A stretch of DNA of 64,000 nucleotides from the NCBI GenBank assembly GCA_963693365.1, contig CAVNZM010000008.1:8622818-8686817 (forward strand). The letters run 5' to 3'. This document shows, one piece after another, positions 59,001 to 64,000 of this stretch (the first letter of the stretch is position 1; every line of letters starts with the position of its first letter). Source of the stretch: Amoebidium appalachense. Lineage: Eukaryota > Protista > Ichthyosporea. Below the pieces are notes generated by a model, which saw only the letters and a list, made by a program, of their open reading frames with translations, searched no databases and had not been told where the DNA came from. The translations under genes and the position numbers were made by a program.

Positions 59001-59605
59001 GGGTAAAAAGGATTGTGATCGGCCATGGGAGATTCTTGAGCTGATTGAAAGATGTGAGATTCTTGAACTGATTGAAAGATGTGAGATTCGAAGGATGCGA
59101 GATTCTTGAACTGCGCGGTCGCCAATGTAAACAGTTGGACTAGTTAGGATAAGGCAGAGTACAACTGAATCAAAATAAAGACAGAGAACGGGTAGAAAGG
59201 CACACGCGGCCAGGTTGCTTTTACTATGGGCCGACTCAGTTTGTCTCAGACTTCACTGATGTGATCCCCGTACTGGGACGGCTTTCTTATATAGCCCCCA
59301 GGTTTCGGATCAAGGCCCAGGATTGGTTCATCCGCGGCCAGCGCGGGTGGCAACATGCCATTCGTGATTCTGGTGCGGTCCGAGCCAGTCAGACCTTTGT
59401 CCTATTTATGCAAACCTCTTATTGGTTCACTTCGTTTATGTGGTATGCAGCTGAAGAACCATATATGGTTCAATTCTTAGGTCAGAGTGAGTCCTATTGG
59501 TGCGGACATAATATTTATGTGATATTCATGACAAAGCACGAATCGTGTGCTAGTAGATCACATTCTTTAGTAAACATGTACAGTTCATGTGTACAGTTGT
59601 TTACA
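56027..59605 (-). mobile_element. Non-autonomous Gypsy-derived LTR retrotransposon nested in the Copia RT
   Basis: LTRs 59126-59605 and 56028-56513 (TGTAAAC...GTTTACA) appear to differ only by one substitution and a 6-bp indel. TSD ATACA at 56022-56026 and 59606-59610; PBS at 59124-59114; [14 protein letters not shown] at 56524-56514. A decayed RT-like remnant EEHLGIFIHVF..AELKLKGKKCYLF lies near 57150-57050. Confidence 0.9.
59114..59124 (-). promoter_or_regulatory. Primer-binding site complementary to tRNA-Arg(ACG)
   Basis: TGGCGACCGCG lies one nucleotide after the 5' LTR and is the exact complement of the 3' end (CGCGGTCG+CCA) of the tRNA at 16126-16199. Confidence 0.9.
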
Positions 59606-61165
59606 ATACACCCATCGCACTTTGATTGGCTTGTAGCCTGGCGGGGGGTCTACTAGTGAGTAGGTGCCGTACTTGTCCAGCTTGGCTAGCTCTGCATGCA
59701 TGGCCTCCTCCCACTGTGGTGCAAAAGATGACGCACGTGCCTCCCTCAGCGAATTTGGTATGGGCACATCGGCTACATAGTAGATGGGCTCGGTCATGCT
59801 GGTGCCATCACTGTTGGTGCCGCTGGTGGTGGTGCTGGCCAGAGCACTGGCTGCTGCCGTCATGGCTAGCACCTTGCTGTTGTCGCGCATGCGTCCACCA
59901 CCCACGTGCTCACTAGAGTTGAACACACGGCCACTACGGGTCCTAGGTGGCTGGTGGTGGGTAGGCACAACCTCCCCCCCAATCCGCACACGCCGAAGTT
60001 GGTTGGTGCTGTCGCAGGGGAAGTAGTCCGTTGCTGTGCACTTGCAACTGGTGCAGTCTCCTCCTGTGTGGTTGCCTGGGTAGCCGGTGTGCACGGTGGT
60101 GTGTGTGGTACAGCTTCGCCCGCTGTGGCAGAATCAACGGGTGGCTGGCCGGTACTGGTGCCTCGATCTGATTGGTTGCCGGAGTCAGCGAATCGTGCGA
60201 CACGCTCAGGCAGTGGTGGGTGTAGTGGGGCTGAAGGGGGTCGGGGTGCCCTTGTGCAGGGTCATACCCTCGTCGAACACCACACTCCTCCTCACCACGA
60301 CCTTCCTAAAGCCCTTTTCGGTGGCCAGCAATATGCGGTATCCCTTCACCTGCACCCCCCTGTCGCTGCCGTATCCAATCAAAATGCCGCGTTCGGCGCG
60401 TGGGGCCAATTTGTTGCTACGTTTCTCGGCTGGGATAGTGGGGTAGGCCAGGCAACCAAAGACTCGCAGGTGGGAGACGTTGGGCTTGATGCCATAAAAT
60501 GCCTCAAACGGAGTTTTGTCAAACGTGGCCTTGTGTGGGGTCATATTGGACACGTAGGTGGCTGTCTGGACGGCGGAAGGCCAGTGGTGGCGCGGAAACC
60601 CGGGTATGCTGGCCATTAGGGTGCGCGCCATCTTCACGATTGAGCCGACCAGCCACTCTGCCTTACCATTCTGGCCGTGTTGATATGGTGCGGTCTGTTG
60701 CTGCACAATCCCCAGCTGTTCGCAAAAACTGCGAAATTGCTTGGCGGTGAGTTCCCCCCCATCGTGGCGAAAAATACCGACTCGGTAGTTGTGTTGGCGC
60801 TCCATCTGCACGGTGAAAGCCTTGAGGATGTCCCCAGCCTCGGCCTTGTTGTTCAGGCACCACACAAAGCACATGTCGGTAGCATCACACTGCGCACACA
60901 TGACGTAGAACTTGTGATCAACGGATTCGGGGTAAGGACCCCCCAGGTCAACATGCACAATGCCGAGCGGGGCCGTAGCGCGTGTGCGTCCGGTGGTAGG
61001 ATACGGCTGGTCCTTGGCCTTGCCCAAAATGCACCCCTCACACAGTTGTTGGGTGTCGGACCGGGGAATGCTGCTGGTGAGTTGTAGCCCGTCGACCATA
61101 CCACCTTTCGACATGCACAGCAGATAGCCCGAATTGATGTGGCCTAAACGGCGGTGCCAGTGGTG
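59606..61165 (-). pseudogene. Copia pol 5' part: integrase and start of RT
   Basis: WHRRLGH..CEGC zinc finger, VHVDLGGP, RHDGGE, QNGKAE, HLRVFGC and WEEAMHAELAKL..KVRWVY; in-frame stop at ~60206. Confidence 0.9.
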
Positions 61166-61515
61166 CTGGGCAATGCACGATGCCACAGCACTAACAGAGA
61201 GGGTAGTGTGGAGAGGTAGAAACACAGTTGCATGTTCTGTCAATCTACGTCTAATTTAATATGCTCGATTCTCACCTATTTATCTGCCGCAGGCAGATTC
61301 CATGAATACAGATCTATCCAAAGGTATTTGCGCATCTGATTGGCAAATACAATGAATACTATAAATCTGACCAATCATATAACGACACGTACTACCATGA
61401 ACGGAAATCAAACTGCATTCCCCTCATACGGTCCAATCGCAGACAAAACACCCGACTACACAGAAAACATGAAAAGCATGCACAACAATCGTCGGATGCG
61501 TGCTTTCCTCTCGCT

Positions 61516-62521
61516 ATAAGCCGCTTAAAGAAGTATTTGCCCTCCCATCCTCTCTTCTCTATCCGACCTGTCCCCTCCTCACCTCTCCCCTCTTTCCTTC
61601 CCTCTCTCTCCCCTTCTCCCCTGGGCACAAATACAAATAAACCCCGCAGACGTGTGTGTGTGACTTTAGACTGCCACTTACTTATTAATTATGTACACAA
61701 TCACAAGATAATCACGCAATATAACAAATGGAAAAAGATACCACACGACACTAGACCCGATGAAAGCATACACCTTGAAAAACTAAGCCTTATGTCTCGT
61801 TTTATATATACTGACCGCCTCAACCATATTGTGAAATATGGCACTCGCAAATGTATAACACCTAAATACATATCACCTTCCTGTAGAACTGGTCTTTCTC
61901 TAGTTGATAATATTATTGATCAATTACCACGCTTTTACTGTACACGTGCTATACAGTGGAGATCTAATAAGTATAAGGTGGCATCATTTGCATGCCCAAA
62001 CAACACACACACACACCAGTTTAACCGGTCATGTATCGCCAAATGTAGTTTGATAACCACATAATACCGCAACACACACACGTCACATTCACAACAGACA
62101 CCCAGAAAGATAGTCTACCTGTAAATTACAACATCCTTGATTTTATACTAAACACGTGTAACTACGACCTGTTTATTAGATGTATTGATTGGCTTGAGAA
62201 ACACATCACTACAAAATTCTAGCGCACGTGCACGCGCAAACACACACACACACACACACAGACACACACAACCAGCTGATACCGAGTGTCCCAGGGGAGC
62301 CCCTAAAAAAGAAAAGAAAAAAAAAAAAAAGAAAAAAAAAACGGGGAACCCCAACTAATTGATTTCTCTTTGTAGTCTTTATGGTGTCTCGTAGAGAAAG
62401 TAAACCCTGATATATAGTCATCACCCGACATCTGATATGCCGCTGAGGGGATATTCCGAGCAAAAACTCCCCCATACCTGAGGCTGGTTTCTCTTTGCCT
62501 CGAGTAAACAGCGTAAACCCC
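61516..62521 (+). mobile_element. Second 5'-truncated copy of the same LINE
   Basis: Highly similar to the reverse complement of 30640-31676; joined to the Copia LTR-like segment through an AT microhomology. Confidence 0.85.
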
Positions 62522-62621
62522 CATGTGTACCACAGTGCACACGTACGCGTACGCACACACACGCACACACATTGGCAGTAGACACACGTACACAAGTATA
62601 CGACGTACACACGTACACCGG

Positions 62622-62653
<32 letters not shown>

Positions 62654-62709
62654 ATATACCCCCCCCGTCGGGGGGTAAAAATATACCCCCCGTGGCGTGT
62701 GGCACGGTT

Positions 62710-62751
62710 AGGGTCATCGGGCTTCGGGCCGTAGGCCCGAAATGCCCCTGG
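62710..62751 (+). mobile_element. Possible Helitron-type 3' terminus
   Basis: GC-rich hairpin TTCGGGCC-GTA-GGCCCGAA followed a few bases later by CTGG|T (CTRR). The 5' end was not found. Confidence 0.4.
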
Positions 62752-63254
62752 TCAAAACAGTAATTTCACAGCCTGACGAGACCTCCCCCATGGCTGTGCC
62801 CTCGACGGACCGGCACGATGATCACGGCCATGCCATAACATGTTCAGGTTTCACTGCACCGTAGCTATCGTCATCACTATGTACATAGGCCATGATCCTG
62901 AGGCTCGAGCTCGCAAAGTATGAGGATAGGGCGGTATGTACATTCCTAACTTTTTTTCATTTTACTATTTTTTTGCGCGCCAAACTGAAAGCGAGGGGAC
63001 GGTGCTCGAGATCATGAATGAACTGAGCGCCATGCATTGTGCTGTACAGTATATCAAGTTCCCCCATCAGGTGTACACCCTGGCGCGTGCGTACAAAGAG
63101 CGTACACTCAGTTACAACGGTTTTTAGATGCTGATATACTACTCTTATTAGCTAGTACTATGTCACAATGATCATTGGTACTATACTGTACATTAATAGA
63201 ATATGTACTTAGATCTACCATGCAAATGCACGTGCACACTGCGTCGATCTTGAC

Positions 63255-63491
63255 CAGGGCCAGAAATTACAGTGCCACTTGGACCTAAAAACGTCACCTG
63301 ATTCTGAAACCCGAAAAAAAGCCACTTATCGTGGAACGCCAGGTCCATTGAACTCAGGGCCAGTGGACCTAAACACTATAAATATATATATAACCCAGTG
63401 GAGTGGAAGTGGAATACAGGCAAAGTTGGCAAAATACATGTGCGCCACCTTTCAAACAAGCCACCACTCCTAAACCATATTTCAACCCCTG
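63255..63491. mobile_element. hAT-type MITE
   Basis: TIRs CAGGGCCAGAAAT / CAGGGGTTGAAAT (reverse complement) with a perfect 8-bp TSD ATCTTGAC (63247-63254 and 63492-63499). Confidence 0.85.
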
Positions 63492-64000
63492 ATCTTGACT
63501 CTGAGAATAGTGCATGGCGCATATGTAACCAATAGGCAAACACCGCAAATCCAAGATAGATTGAATAATTTTTTTTCCCGCGGAGTTTTCGCTGTAGCTC
63601 TCATAAGTAACACTGCGACATATACGCAAGTAAAGCGGCCTGGCAATTGCATAAATTCAGTTCGGTACGTACTACGTATACGTGCGGTTTCGTTTGGCAC
63701 TAGCTGGTGAGGACCGTTGAGTCACACCGTGACCGCGTACATGTCCACGAGTGCATTTATGTGCTCGAAGACCGTGGTTCGAAGACCTTCGAAATAAAAT
63801 ACCGACGCCGCGCGTGCATGGCATGCGCATGATGGGCGTAAGCGTTCTTGCTTACACGAGTTTTTTTTACATGACCATGGAGCTCACGGGGAGTCCCATA
63901 AACATAGATACTGTTGTGCAGCTGGTAGTAGTAATATTTGGTTGCATGGGCCCTGTCGAATGGGGAATATGCTCTACCTGCTTTCCTCTTACCTAAAAAT

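Larger units (their letters stand above)
53675..61517 (-). mobile_element. Defective Ty1/Copia LTR retrotransposon (gag/protease deleted), interrupted by a nested LTR element
   Basis: Domain order is integrase-RT-RNase H. A direct repeat 53824-54163 / 61159-61517 is interpreted as LTR sequence, with a PPT-like AAGGGG at 54422-54417. The outer LTR boundaries are approximate. Confidence 0.88.

Overview
Eukaryotic genomic DNA; the gene content (TBC1D12/14-like Rab-GAP, syntenin-like PDZ protein, Kv-type channel, proteinase K-like protease) suggests a unicellular opisthokont or holozoan, but that is inference. Introns are packed with poly-G/C tracts and (GT/CA)n or (GA/CT)n microsatellites, so almost all ORF-track entries are artefacts. 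Supported genes: a multi-exon TBC Rab-GAP gene (-, ~7033-22802) with an intronic tRNA-Arg(ACG) and one GC-AG intron; an intronless six-TM voltage-gated K-channel-like gene with a non-canonical filter (TGNVGD); an intronless syntenin-like two-PDZ gene; and a multi-exon secreted S8 subtilisin with a Pro/Thr tail. The last 10 kb is a transposon nest. A gag-less Ty1/Copia is split by a young non-autonomous Gypsy-derived LTR element whose primer-binding site matches the tRNA in this window; a LINE fragment, a hAT MITE and a possible Helitron end follow. The best novelty candidates are a co-oriented, poly(C)-ended, structured (hammerhead-like) repeat family, the altered channel filter, and (CA)n-CAG splice acceptors.
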